The notes below the pieces were generated by a model, which saw only the letters and a program-made list of their open reading frames with translations, was not told the DNA's origin and ran no database searches. Shown here in pieces: positions 48,768 through 62,127 of a stretch of 64,000 nucleotides of DNA. Within the stretch, counting starts at the first letter, position 1; the number at the start of each line of letters is the position of its first letter. Source of the DNA: the human T2T-CHM13v2.0 reference genome, Homo sapiens; assembly GCF_009914755.1 (NCBI RefSeq), contig NC_060930.1. The stretch is one strand, 5' to 3'. A program made the translations under genes and the position numbers.

Positions 48768-49067
48768 AGCCAGGCAAGTCGCTCATGCCTGTAACCGAGC
48801 ACTTTGGTAGGCTGAGGCGGGCAGATCACTTGAGGCCAGGAGTTCAAGACCAGTCTGGCCAACATAGCGAAACCCCATCTCTAATAAAAATACAAAAATT
48901 AGCCGGGCATGGTGGCACATACCTTGTAATCCCAGCTACTCAGGAAGCTGTGGCAGGAAGACTGCTGGAACCCGGGAGGCAGAGTCTGCAGTGAGACAAG
49001 ATCATGCCACTGCACTCCAACCTGGGTAACAGAGTGAGACTCTGTCTCAAAAAAGAAAAGAAAAGAA
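48768..49067 (+). mobile_element. AluS (Sz/Sx-like), full length
   Basis: Dimer with A5TACA5 linker; TSD AAAAATAGACA at 48756-48766 and 49068-49078. Confidence 0.94.
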
Positions 49068-50497
49068 AAAAATAGACACAGATGAAGGGTGTCTTTGATT
49101 ATGCAAATAGATTACCCATCTTGTACTCACTGTGTTTATTTCAATAAATGATCCACAGAATATGCTACTTTTGATTTATAGTTTTCTTCTCCTTCACCGC
49201 TGTGGACTGGGAAAATATTTCTTATTATTTCTGCTGCAGAGTAGCAAAAAATTATGAGCCAGAAGGAAGACCACTACAACAAGCAAAATCTCTGAGTAAT
49301 CATAAAATGAAGAACTATTTCCTGTTGGGATTCATTGTGAAGAATTTGATTTTAAATTCTTGGTGTTGGCATTTTATTTTTAAAGTTTAGCTTTCTTGCC
49401 TATTCTGAAATTGTCAAAAATTCAGAAAAACAATCATGATCATTTGCTTGCTGATCAATGGAGACCTAATGATTTTTAGGCTGTGAGACTACAGTAATAA
49501 ATAAATAAATAATAAATAAAGTTGATACTTCCTTCTATCGAGGGAAATTGAGCATTTTTCTTATAGTCCTAAATCACCAGAGCAAGGGATATATGTAATA
49601 CTTGAGTGTTGACATTTTATTAATTTTTATATTTAACTAGAGCTGTAAAGTTGAAACAAATGGGCCAATGCAATATCCCATAAAATATTTTAAAAACACA
49701 AAAAAGAAATATCACTAAAATTTAAACATAAAAAAAATACAAAAAAACCCTGAGCTATAGGAAGGGAAGTATCCTCTAAATGCCCAAGTTGAGGGTAGTC
49801 CTCTTAGAAAGGCACAGTAAGAAGCAGTGTTTGATGGGAACGTGATTTTTCAAGTATTTTGAATTTTCAAACTCCCCACATTAACTGAGTAAAATGAAAA
49901 AAATATATAAACTGCCTCTGAGGCAGAAAAAACATTTGGCATTTTCAAGACAGAATTATAATAAAAATATCTCGCCCCAATAGAATACAAAGAAGCATCC
50001 TTAAGCAAATAGAAGGCATCTACGGAAATATCACACTGAAGTTTGAACTAATAAATTATTCATTTAAGATCCAGAAGAAGACAAAGTGTCCTCTTTCACT
50101 ATTGTTCTCTCTACTGTATGGGAGGAATTAACCAGTGAGACAAATCAAATAAATAAGTAAAACATACACAGTTAAGAAATGAAAAATACAATTCTAAATT
50201 TTTAAACAACTCCATTACCTATACATAAACCTCTAGTGACTGTAAAAATCAGCTGCTAGAATAAACTAGTAATTTTAGCCACATCATAGAAAAAATAAGT
50301 CAACCCATTAACTTATTTCTATATATTTCCAATGAGCAATTAATGATGAAAATCAAATCCATGTAAAATACTAATAAAAATAAAATATGTATATATGATT
50401 TTAACAAATTACATGCAAGATCTCTCTAAATAGGAAACTAGCAAAAGTGTTGGGAGATGTAGGAAAGTTCTAAATAAATGGAGTCACATACAATAAT

Positions 50498-50918
50498 TGA
50501 TGGTTTTGATGTGTATCCCTGCCCAAATCTGATATGATGTAATCTCCAACGTTAGAGGTGAGGCCTGGTGGGAGGTGATTGGATCATGGGGTGGATTTCT
50601 CATGAGTGGTTCAGCATCATCCCTCTTGATATTGTTCTGATAATAGTGAGTGAGTGAGTTCTCATGAGATCTGGTCATTTAAAAGTGTGTAGCACCTTCC
50701 CCTTTCACTCTCTTGCTGTTCTGGCCATGTGACGTGCCTGTCCCCCTTTGCTTTCTGCCATGATTGTACGTTTCCTGAGTCTTCCCAGAAGCTAAGTAGA
50801 TGCCAGCATCATCCTTCCTGTATAGCCTGCAGAACAGTGGGGCAATTAAACCTCATTTCTTCATAAATTGTTGAGTCTTCTGTATTTCTCTATAGCAATG
50901 CCAGAACAAACTAATACA
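50498..50918 (+). mobile_element. MSTA solo LTR
   Basis: TG...CTAATACA; CCAGAAGCTAAGTAGATGCCAGCATC..TTCCTGTATAGCCTGCAGAAC; perfect TSD ATAAT at 50493-50497 and 50919-50923. Confidence 0.88.
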
Positions 50919-52051
50919 ATAATCGTGGCTTGAAAGTTCAGTGAATTTTAGTGTGTAAAAGGTTTTGGTTTTTCCAAATTAATCATTCTAGAAATCCTCA
51001 CCATAATCACAAAAGATATTTTTATATAAATTGACACACTGATTTAAAAATGTACATTACATCAAGAGAGCAAAAACAAATGATAAAAAGCTGAAAAAAA
51101 AGTTGGAATACTCACACTTCCTAACACCATGCAATAACTTAAAGCTATAGTCATCAAGAGAATGTGTTATTAGTATATGGATAAACAATTAGAGTAATGG
51201 AATGGAATAGAGTTCACAAATAGATCCATGCTTATATGAATAATATAATATCAAAGATACTGCAGTTATTCAAAGGGGAAAGATACTTTTATTTAACAAA
51301 GTGTGCAGAACTACGAGATAAATGTGAAGAAAACAAACCCAAGTCCTTCCTCACAACAAAAGCATGAATGAGTTCAAAATTAAATGAGTCCAAAATATAT
51401 TATGGAACAATATGTAAAAGTGAAAGCATAGGCTTCAAATATAAAGCACAGAAAATGTCTTAGTAAACTACATGAAAGCATTTCTTTTTATGCAAACTGT
51501 GGAGAAATTTCTTTTTATTCAGAAAGCAATAATTATATAATGATAAACTATAGAAATGTATAAATATATTTATACTTTAATGTTTATTTTTAATTACACA
51601 ATTATATATACTATTTATTATGAATAAGAGCAAGAATATATAAATATAATGTACAACATAGAAACAAGAGAACAATAAAAACCAACAGATGCTACACAAA
51701 AATGATACAATAGCAAATAAGCAAATGAAAAATTTCTTAATATCGTTAGTAATAAAAAAATAAAATGAGATAATTATACACATCTACTAGAAAAGCTACT
51801 ATTTTAAAAATTGTGTTACCAATATTTGGCATAGATGTCAAGAAACCAGAATCTAGAGTTTGCATACATTGACGGTGGGAGTGTAACACAGTACAGCTAC
51901 TTTGGATAACTAAATCTACCTTACATGTACCAATTCCACCCCTAGGCATTTATCCTAGCGGGGAGAAAAGCATAAGTCTATAAAAAGGCTTGCACAAGTA
52001 CCTTTATTCATTATTGTCAAAAACAGACACCACGCAACTGTCCACCAAGAG

Positions 52052-52242
52052 CGGCGTTCTCAAGTTCAGCACTATTAGCTGTTGAAGTGGCTTAATTCTT
52101 TGTTGTGGGGAGCTATCCTTTGTGGAACCCTGGCCTGTGCACACTCTATCCCCTCCTCCACAAACCTCTGATAACCAAAAGTGTCCCCAAACATTGGAAA
52201 TGTCCCCTGGCAGGTAAAATGTCCCTCATTTGAGAACCTCTG
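52052..52242 (-). mobile_element. MER20
   Basis: TTCTCAA..TCAGCACTATT...TAATTCTTTGTTGTGGGG...AAATGTCCCCTGG...TTGAGAACCTCTG. Confidence 0.75.
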
Positions 52243-52766
52243 GTCAAGAGTTTAGTAAATAAATTATAGTGGTATGTCTATGAAATGAAATAATATGTAA
52301 CAATAAAAAAATGTGCTACTTAAACATGCAAGAAATTGTTGAATCTCAAAAATATTATGCTTAAGGAAAAAAGACAAAAAGAGTTCATACTCTATAATTC
52401 TACTGAAATATAATTGTAGAAAATAAAAGCTGATATATGGTAATAAAACCAGATTAGTACTGGATTGACGATGTGTTGAAAGTCAAAAGAAGAGGCTTGA
52501 GATCTCTTTATAGTGTGATAGTTTTACAAGTATATACGTATGTTAATGTTTAAAAATTTCACACCTCAAAAATGTGCAGTATACCAGATGTTAATTATAT
52601 CTCATAAAGCTATTAAAATTTTATCTCAAAATTATAGCTTTATTGCATTTTAGGGCATTATCCAATTTTGAATCTAATCCAGTTATCGTAGCTTAATGCA
52701 GTATTATGAAAATAATGCCTATAAAGATCCAGTTCCTCAAACACCCTTGGAACCAATTTTGTCATC

Positions 52767-53248
52767 TATATTAGTTACCTTGGGCTACTATAATAAAGTA
52801 GCACAAGCTGTGTGTCTTTAAGCAACAGAAATTTCTTCTCTCACAGTTGCGGAGGCCAGAAGTCAGAAAACAAGGTGTCTGCAGGACCAACCTCTCCTCT
52901 GGATGCTCTAGGTGAGAATCTTTTCCATGCCTTTCTCTTAGCTTCTGATGTTGCCATCAGAACTTCAGATGGTGTTCCTTGGCTTCTGTTAATATTAATA
53001 CATAAATCCTTTTCAGTCTCAGCTTCTGTCTTCACATGGTCCTCTCCACATCCTATCTGTTTCTGTTCCCTCTTCTTATAAAGATAACCCATGTTATTTT
53101 AAGTCCCACCTAAAGACATAATTTTAGCTTGATTACATCTGCAAAAACTTTGTGTCCAAGTAAGGTTTCATTTACCTTATGTGTATAACTAGGGTTTAAG
53201 GCTTGAACATACGGGTTTGGGGAGGGGAACACAATTCAGACCATGACA
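52767..53248 (-). mobile_element. MLT1C-like solo LTR
   Basis: AGCAACAGAAATTT.TTCTCTCACAGTT..GGAGGCCAGAAGTC...TTGATTACATCTGCAAA...ACACAATTCAGACCATGACA. Confidence 0.8.
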
Positions 53249-55673
53249 CTCATTGTTTCACTCATTAATGAGTTAAGGGTGCTTTGATATTCTTACATTT
53301 GAATGAGAGTGGTTTTTAAAATTACATTTTGTCGTGTAGTTTGTTCCACCCTGATGCTTAAAGGGAGTCACCTGCCTCAGCCAATTAAACTATGTTGTCT
53401 CTGCAGTGCGTTTTATCACAAGAACATGACCTTTAAGCACAAGAACACCTTGTATTCCACCACTAAAAACAGAAATGACATCTACCTTCACTGCTTCCCT
53501 ATTTCTCTCCATCTTTACTGACTTGGTGTTTTGTTGTTGCTGTCACTTCTGGTTGTTGGTCAATTTTCATTTCTATTCTTATTTTGCTGATAATTCTTAT
53601 AAATCAGTGCTGAATTTTGTCAAATTATTTTTCTGCATCTCTACAGATGATCATTTTATGTTTTTGTCCCTGTGATAATTTGGTGAATGTCATTGATCAG
53701 TTTTTAAATAATGAATATCTTTGCATTTAAGATAATATTTTTTCACTATTAATGTTATCTCTGAAATGAAAGCTAAACCTAGTCAATAGATATTAGAGGT
53801 GCATGATTTTTAAAGTTGTATAAAATTAGATAAAAAATACAAAGAAATAGATATAATTTTAAAACTATGTAAAAATGTAAATGCCAAATGATAGAGCACT
53901 AAATGAAGCTTGTAATATTCAATACAATCTTTAGAAACTCTTTTGCAGTGCAGCAAAAAAATAGAACTGAAAACAAAGCAGAAGAAATCACAGATATAAA
54001 ATTAAAGAGGATAGAATTAAGCACCTGAGTTCCCATATCTAAAGTGAAAATCTAAGAATTTAAATATCATTCAAATACAGACTAAAATACAATATAAAAT
54101 AAAATTTCCTGAACTAATTTTTAAAATACTGTTTAATTTGTAGATAAAAATGCAGACTAATTTTCTGACTATATTACTACAAAAATCTTCTACAAATATT
54201 TTTTAACTAAAATTATAAGAAAAACATCCGTCATAAACACGTAAGATTAATATTTTCGTTTCTGAAGTATAAAATGTCTGGATAGACTTGAGCTTGTTGC
54301 TTTAGTTTTATATGTGAAGACTGGAAAAATTCTGTTTTGTTTTGAAAAATATTTTGAGCTAAAAATGTTGTATTCCACATTTGTTAGGAATGGAAGTCTT
54401 TAAAATATGAAATATTTCCAATTGAAGAAAAATAGTGAACATGAACTTTATCTGAATAAGATTAATGAAAATTATATGTTGAAAAAGTAAAATAGTTATG
54501 TGTACTAACAGTGACTACTAACCCAACAATATAAAATTAAGTAAAAATATTATTACCATGTTAAATACAAATTAAAATTAATTATAAAAAAGTTAAGATC
54601 TATGATTAAAGTATTAAAATAAAATGAGACTGTATTCACAAATTTAAAAGCAAATTGGTGAATGACATATTTTTTGAAATAATAAATTCTTTGGCATATT
54701 TTATATTTTTTATTATAAATGAAAATTATTTATTTGAAATATTTAAAGGAACAAAATATTTGCAGCTCTATTTTATTGAGAAAGTAATTACAAAACAAAA
54801 ACAAGGAGTTTTTGTAATTACAAAAGAATATATTAATATTATTTAGAAGCACAAAACCAGAAAAGCTTTATATTATTTCTAACAATAAGTGTAAACCATC
54901 TAATTTTCTGAAAAGGGGGGGAAATAAATATTTAACAAAGAAGATGTTATTCTTAAATTGTAATACGTACGTTGCCTAAAAATAAAAAGGTAGTTGAAGA
55001 TACATTGTGAACAACAAAAAATGAAGAGCTGATAATATTAATGTGCGAAGGAAACTCATAACATATTGTACTAATTATAAATCAGTGTATTGACAAAACC
55101 TGAGTCCTCAATTATTATTGACTGTTATTGACATATTAATGATAGAATATTAAATATAGAATATAATAAAGCAATTTAGAATAAAAAAGAGAAAGCGATA
55201 GACATGAATAGAAACAAAATGCAACTGTTCTATATTAAAAGCCTTTCTAAATTGCCTGCGTTTTTCTAGTGACCTGTGTCGCTATGCAGTGTAGGCTCAG
55301 GTGTCTAGATTTTAGTTGCAGATAAACACAGGTAGTATTTTCCAGATCTCAGAATGACCAGTTACATAAAAATAGGCCATAAACCATATATTTCATTCTT
55401 ACGGTTGACAAACCTCTAATTCACCTGAAAATATTAAAAAGAAAGAAGACAGACGTGACAGTGGTTGGAAGTTGAGGATAAGAAGAAGTTGGCAGAAATA
55501 AGCTTTCTTCTTTTGGACAGCAATGCATGATAAAAAAAATTAAACTAAATTCAGTTCATTTCCACTAACTGGGACTTATTTAGAAACTTTAAGAAAGTCT
55601 TTGAAGAATTTCAATTGAGTAGTAAATAAGGGCCAATTTATTTCATAGTGTGGACTCTCAAGACAATATACAG

Positions 55674-55770
55674 CAGTGCTTCTCAAAGTTAAACAGTATA
55701 TGAGTGACCTGGAAATGAAGATGCAGATTTAATAGGGCTGGAGAGAAGTCTGAGATTCTCAATTTCTAAT
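55674..55770. mobile_element. MER5A fragment
   Basis: CAGTGCTTCTCAAAGTT...ACCTGG...ATGCAGATT...TGAGATTCTC..TTTCTAA. Confidence 0.55.
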
Positions 55771-56585
55771 GAATTAAATTACAAAGAGGAGAAAATAAGG
55801 TTATTGCTTACTTTATATACATTCACAAACACAGGCTAATCAAATAATTGTTTAAAGTATTGCTCTGAGAAGAATTAAATTACATATTTCATAGGAAACA
55901 TTTTCTTTACATTCGGATTTTATCTATTATTAGAATAATAATAGAATCTTGACTTTATGTAACTCTATATTCCAAACAACTAGAAACTTTTCGATAGCAA
56001 TTGTTCACCATTTAATAACATTTTTCCAAGATATCTAATGCACTCAAGGACAAAATAGCTGCCTTCCAGTGATTTCCAATTTATTCAATTTTCAGGCAAT
56101 TTGTCTGCCCACACAATGACAGATTACAGTTACATTCTTGCCACGCTCCGAACAGCTAAGCCAATTGTTTTCAATCTTTTTTCTTCAGCAACTCCATCTC
56201 TTAAAGTACTTCAGAGTAGTTCCTGAAAGGATTCCTCTTTAGTTAAATGGCTATACAGCTCTCCCATCATCCAAAATAATCAGTGGAGAGATAGCAATAT
56301 TTTTCATTACATTAGGCCAAGTTGCATTGCTTCCTTCATCTTGTAATCTGATCAGAAACACCACTATAGATCCAATAATTGAGTTTAGAGTTTCAGAGAA
56401 TTTGGGGTCACAGAACACCTATGTCTATTTTGTAAAGATTATTGCATATTACTGAAATAGCTAGTCAAACACTGCAGTCTGCTTAAAGTATCAAAATAGA
56501 AATGTTGAATGCTGTGTCTGCACAGAGTTCATTTAAGCAAAGAATCTACTAGGCTCTTAAGTCTGTTAATGCAAATTCCTGAATA

Positions 56586-56940
56586 CAGTTGACCCTCCAT
56601 ACCCCCATTGTGGGTGGATTTAACTAACCATGAATCAAACATATTTGTTAAAAGAAATACCAAAAATAATTTTTAAAAAGAAATACAACAATAAATGCAA
56701 ATAAAAAACAATCCTTGTAACAATTATGTGCATAGCATTTATATTGTATTCAGTATTATTAATGTAAGTAATCTGGAAATGATATAAAGTATACAAGAGG
56801 GTGTGTGTAAGTTATATGCAAATACTAGCCCATTTTATATAAGAAACTTGAGCATCTCTGGCTTTTGCTATGAAGGGATGATGGTGGTAGGATTGGTAGT
56901 GGTCCTGGAACAAATCCCCAGCAGGTACCAAGGGGGACTG
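56586..56940 (-). mobile_element. MER2 (Tigger MITE), complete
   Basis: TTATATGCAAATACTA..CCATTTTATATAAG..ACTTGAGCATC...GGTCCTGGAAC.AATCCCC; CAGT/ACTG ends with TA on both sides. Confidence 0.85.
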
Positions 56941-57331
56941 TAGACCCCAAAGCTGTTTAGGAATGAGTCACAGCAGCAGGATTGAGGTAGGAATGCTCCC
57001 CACAGAAAACATCAACCACCTGTTGATTTTTGAATCTGCTCCTCTCAGGCATGCCTTCAAATGCTATAACCTGGAGATTCAACTCATTTTCATGCTGTAG
57101 GTAGGAATAGGTGATTCAATTCCCCAAGAAAGTGACAGAGATCCCTGAAATATAGATTTAAAGTTACATAGTGTCAAATGCTAGTCATTTTCTTTTTGCT
57201 CGATGGTATCCTCTCAGAAAAACCTTTTATAATATTTCTAATTCATTTACCAGATTTATAGAATCATCAAATTATCTATCTATCTATCTGTTTATCTATA
57301 GATAAACACATCTATCAATGTGTTTTTCAAA

Positions 57332-57418
57332 TATTTTGTGAAGTGGCTAGGGTAACAACCTATGGTTCGAACGTATTTTGTGAAGTGGCTAGGGTAACAA
57401 CATAATGTTCGAACGTAT
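57332..57418. repeat. 42-bp tandem duplication
   Basis: TATTTTGTGAAGTGGCTAGGGTAACAAC..GTTCGAACG twice, units at 57332 and 57374. Confidence 0.93.
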
Positions 57419-58514
57419 GTTCGTATTTAAATACAAATGTATTTTGGTTGAGTGATTACTCAAGGTCACTGAGGAATCCACAAGGTTAACCTCCTGACTC
57501 TAGAACCATTGTTATATAGAGATATATAAATAGCTGGTTTAATATTATAGGCTTAGCAAAATATTTAATAAATAAGGTCTTAGTAAAACAACACACATGT
57601 ATTTATCCACTTATTTAATTTTGTTTTTCCATTTCTTCTGAACATAAGTTCCTGAGGACACGGGCCTTTTTTCACAGTTCATTTTTGGATTCCAACATCT
57701 AGCCAGTACTTTGCAAAGAGCACTGAATTTGAAATAAATTTCTCAGTTAATGATTTGAATCATATAAAATATTTAGTAAATTTGAAAACTAGTAACCGTG
57801 TCAAGTGATTAAAACAAACATACTAGAGGGTAAGAATCCCCTGCCCCTTGCCTTCTTCCTTTACATCCACTTCATTCTTATTCTTGTCTACTTCCCCTGC
57901 CCCACCCAGGGAACGTGGTTAGCCCACCAACTGCAAAGATTGTTCTCATATAATATTGTTCTGATGGATAATGAGACTCTGAAAGTGGAACATAAACAGA
58001 TAAAACAAAAACAAACAGAAAAGAACCCAAAAACCTAAACTCAACTTCAGTTAAAGCAGAAAATATCTGTCCAGCCTAAACCAGGCATACTCAACTTCCT
58101 CTTCTTCTGTTAGAAGCCTGAGCCTACTTCAGTCTGGAACCACCTAGTCTTCAGGTTTGCCTGGTGCTCACCAGCTGAAGAAATCCTTTAACGACCTTTA
58201 TTCAGTCAAGTAAATTGTTTTCTTTTGGCAACTTGCATGTTATTTTTTAGGTTTTCATTTATTTATTTTTTTATATTTAAAGTCATATTTTCTTCCTTTT
58301 ATTCACTTTGCTGGTCTTTCTCACTTTGATTTTTTTTTGCCTTGTTTTGCATTTGTTTACTTTAACATTTTTTGTAACTTATCTCTTTTATTTTGGAAAT
58401 TATTCACATTATCAGTTTTCTTTTGCTAGGCAATTTTGATATTCTAATAAACATTATTAACATAAAATATAAAGTTTACTAACACCAAGCCCAAACAATA
58501 CAAAGTCTTAGGGC

Positions 58515-58743
58515 TCTTTAATTGCAATTATTTAAAAATATTTGCTACAAATTGTTCATTATTTTATATTTACGTTGTTTTTCTTATTCCCACAAATCAC
58601 ATATTGTTGGTGTGTTTGTTAAATAAAAATCTTTAACTGCAATTGTTTAAAAATATTTGCTACAAATTGTTTGTTATTTTATATTTACGTTGTTTTTCTT
58701 ATTCCCACAAATCACATATTGTTGGTGTGCTTGTTAAATAAAA
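58515..58743. repeat. 115-bp tandem duplication
   Basis: Units at 58515 and 58630; 5 mismatches by hand count. Confidence 0.93.
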
Positions 58744-59053
58744 TTGTGATTGCTTATATATATTTTTTCACATCCTTTCTTCTTGTAATATTTTGGAATT
58801 TACATCCAGTTAATTATCCTTTATTCTATAGTATATACTGTAAAAGTTACTAGTCTTGCTAGTAAACCCTCAGTTTTTGGATTGTCTGAAGATGTCTCTA
58901 TTTTGATCTGCTCTTGAATTCTAAATCTAATTGACATAAAATTCTAGATTTGCCATTATCATTTATTAGCCTTTCAAAGATATTCCACAATTTTCTGACT
59001 TTCAATATTTTTGTTGGTAAAAATGGGGATTGTTAATCGGCTTGCATATTCTG

Positions 59054-59141
59054 TTTTGGATATTCCATTGTTTCCTTATAATTTGTTTATTTATAAGGAA
59101 ACTTATAAACAAATTATAAGGAAACAATAGAATATCCAAAA
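59054..59141. repeat. 37-bp inverted repeat with 14-nt spacer
   Basis: Arms 59054-59090 and 59105-59141 are reverse complements at 36 of 37 positions. Confidence 0.93.
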
Positions 59142-61229
59142 TAAAGAGAATAGTTATGGGTTCATATAGATAATTCTTCAGAATCTACTAATTTGTGTCT
59201 TTCTTCTTTACTTCTGTAAACTTTTCAGCTACTATATATTAGAATATTTCTTAATTTTTTTATATTCATTCTGAAATTTCTTGCTGAAATTTGTTCAAAA
59301 GGTGAGTTAACGGAGCTATACATTTTTAGTGTCATGGGCTCTAAATTGCAAAATACATGTATTTTTATTTCAGACAACTTGAGTAACATTTGTGCAAATG
59401 TTTTATATACATCGACTTAATTTGGTAAATTTAGGCATGGTGGTAGACAAATTTAAAAATGTATAAAAATCATGGGCAAGCATATGAACATTCTATTTTT
59501 GCTACTATAAAGAATAGCAGACTATCCAACTATTTTATGATACTCAACGATACATCTTACTAAATGGTCATGACTCTTGCCTCTCAGGGTCAGAGTTTGC
59601 AATAGTGAAAGAAAGAGAAAGCCATGGAAAAAAAACAGGGAGAGGGAAAATATTAAGCGCTAGAATATGTACATTGTTTTGCTTGTATAAATTTAGAACA
59701 TTCAACACATGTTTACAATGAATACATATAAAATACCAACGACATGAGGAGAATTGGAATAGAAATAAATACAAGGATTCTTTCATGATAACTAAAAAAT
59801 ATCAGTGAAGGTTTGTACATAAAATTTAGGGATTTTATATTATTACCTAATACAATTCTGGCTATAACATCACTAAAGGATTGTAAACGTCTGCTGGGAA
59901 ACCTATGGGAAAAAATGCAAGTGGAATTGGGGTCATACAAACACATTTTCTAATGGGAAGCTTAACTGGTGAAATGTAAGTTGGAAACATTACTAAATTT
60001 AGGTCTATGAAAATGTTTTCCCAAATACAATCTTTTCTTGTTGGATAGGAGGTTTTACTGTGATGTATTATTTCTGACAGCCTCTTTTTTTTTTTAAAGC
60101 AAATGAGTAGAATTAAGTGAATTAATTAGCATATCTAACCTGTAAGTACAAATTACTTTCCCTTGGAATTACATAATTGATAATTGTACATCCTTAGATG
60201 TGTTTGAATCTGAGATTTACTCTAAACTCAGAGGAAAAAAAGTGAAATTTTGTTTCCATTGTGACACCTTTGTTTCCTTTTTAAGTTTTCAAAATTTCTT
60301 AAAAAATATTTTTCCCTTTCATAATTTATTCAACAAGTATCTATTGTTAGGTGTTGGGAACACAAGACCTAAAACTCCTGACAAATATATTCTATTTACA
60401 AGGTCAATTTGTACATTAACAAATGCATATATAATACCAGACAAGATTGTAATGCTAACCAGTTTGACTTTGAGGCACAGTATTCAGAATGTAAATGCCC
60501 CTGGAAAAAACATTTGAGTATAAATGCCCCTGGAAAAAGAATGTAGTTGGAAAAAACATTCTAAGGTAAAATTATGCAATATTGGTATGAATAATTATAG
60601 TGACCAGAGGTTCACACATTTTTGTGACATGCCATTGGTAGAAAAAGAGCCATAGCTGAAAAAATATGGCAGTCATAAGATGTCAGTGGAAATGAAGACA
60701 AGGATACCTTTTGGTCAATTTTCTTGAAAATATTGGCTTTTTCAACAGTGTAGTTTATTTAAAATTTAGTCCCAGTTCTTAGCAATTATTTATATACTGA
60801 TGGACTTATATCCAGGGTCTTCTTGAATTAAAAAAAAGTCAAAAAGTAATTTTTTAAATTTAAAATATTTTAAAATTATGATATATACAATTCTTGCTCT
60901 CTCTGTCATATTTTTCCAATTTTTTGTCTGTCTTATTTTTTCTTGCCTTTTCTTCCTTGTCCTTTCCCTTTCTTTTTGTTTTCTTTGTCTGGCCTTGCTT
61001 TGAGTTTCTTTTCCAAACGAATTTACTTGAGGTGATATTTTTATGCATAATATACACAGCAAATTTCTAGGGCCTCTCATTTTTTACAAATCTTTGTAAG
61101 AAAAGGCTGTCTATTAACCCAATGACATTGTCATAACCTTTTCTAAATTTCAATGATATTCAGTTTCTCGCAGCTATTACATTACAAAGTATACCTCAGT
61201 AAAAATCTAGTAAGTCACAGGGCTGACGT

Positions 61230-62127
61230 TGCTGATTGCTCACTTGCCCAAGCCAGAAGCTTAGAATACATGCTTGATTCTTCACTTTCCTGTGGGTTTA
61301 TGCCAAATCAATTTCAAATCTATAGATCTTATCCTCTAAATAACATACAGCATGCCTACTTTTTTCTCTCTCTCTACTACTGTCACATTAATTCAAAATA
61401 AAAAGATTGATGATTCCTAACTTCCTGGCTTCAGTAATTGGCAACGATGACATCACTACTGGAATGAGAAAACTTGGGGATAGTAACTGATATCTGAGGA
61501 AAATCAGTCTCCAAAAATATTCTCCCTGCTTCCACTTCCCGCATCCCTTATTCACTTTTATTTTTTCCCAGCAGATTCTACTGTAGTGGAAATTTGGCCA
61601 TATTTCTTCTCCTTTTAAAATTATTCAATGGATCTCCATGTCACACAGAATACAATCAAAGTCTTTATCTCAACCTATAAGGCCATGTATAATTTGTCTA
61701 TTTTTATCTCTTAATTTTCTCAAATCACTAGCTCATTATGGCAAGCAAAACTGCTCTTAATTCCTCAAAATGTTCCTGGCTTACACTGTTTCAGGAATGG
61801 TGCATATGCTTTCAAAGTCTTTTCTCCATCTTCTCTTTAGTAACCTCTTCTTATAATTTAAGGTTCTGTTTAAATGGCACTCCCTCACAGAAGTCTTCCC
61901 TATTCTACGTGGATCTTCACTACTTATTTTCTGAGGCCCTTTTTGTTGTTGCTTTCCTGTGAAACACTTTTCACAATTGGAAATAATTTTATTGATGTGT
62001 GTGTTTATTTTCTCATCTATGTTCAATACAGTGGGGCCATTTCTCCCTCCTCGTAATTGTATGTCTGATGCCAACACAGTGACTAGTAGGGAGAAGAAAT
62101 TCAATAAATATTTTCTAATGAATGGAT
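61230..62127 (+). mobile_element. L2 3' region
   Basis: Ends TTCAATAAATATTTTCTAATGAATGGAT; upstream CAGAATACAATCAAAGTCTTTA..CCTATAAGGCC and CCCTCACAGAAGTCTTCCCT. Confidence 0.65.

Larger units (their letters stand above)
49900..52620 (+). mobile_element. Ancient L1M (L1MC-like) ORF2-3' end with nested MSTA and MER20
   Basis: CTGCTAGAATAAACTAG, ATACTCACACTTCCT..AAAGCTATAGTCATCAAG, AATTCCACCCCTAGGCATTTATCC, TTATATCTCATAAAGCT end. Confidence 0.65.

Noticed and set aside
57332-57418. CRISPR-like repeat array
   Set aside because: Only two units, the intervening sequences are copies of each other, and the context is primate DNA.
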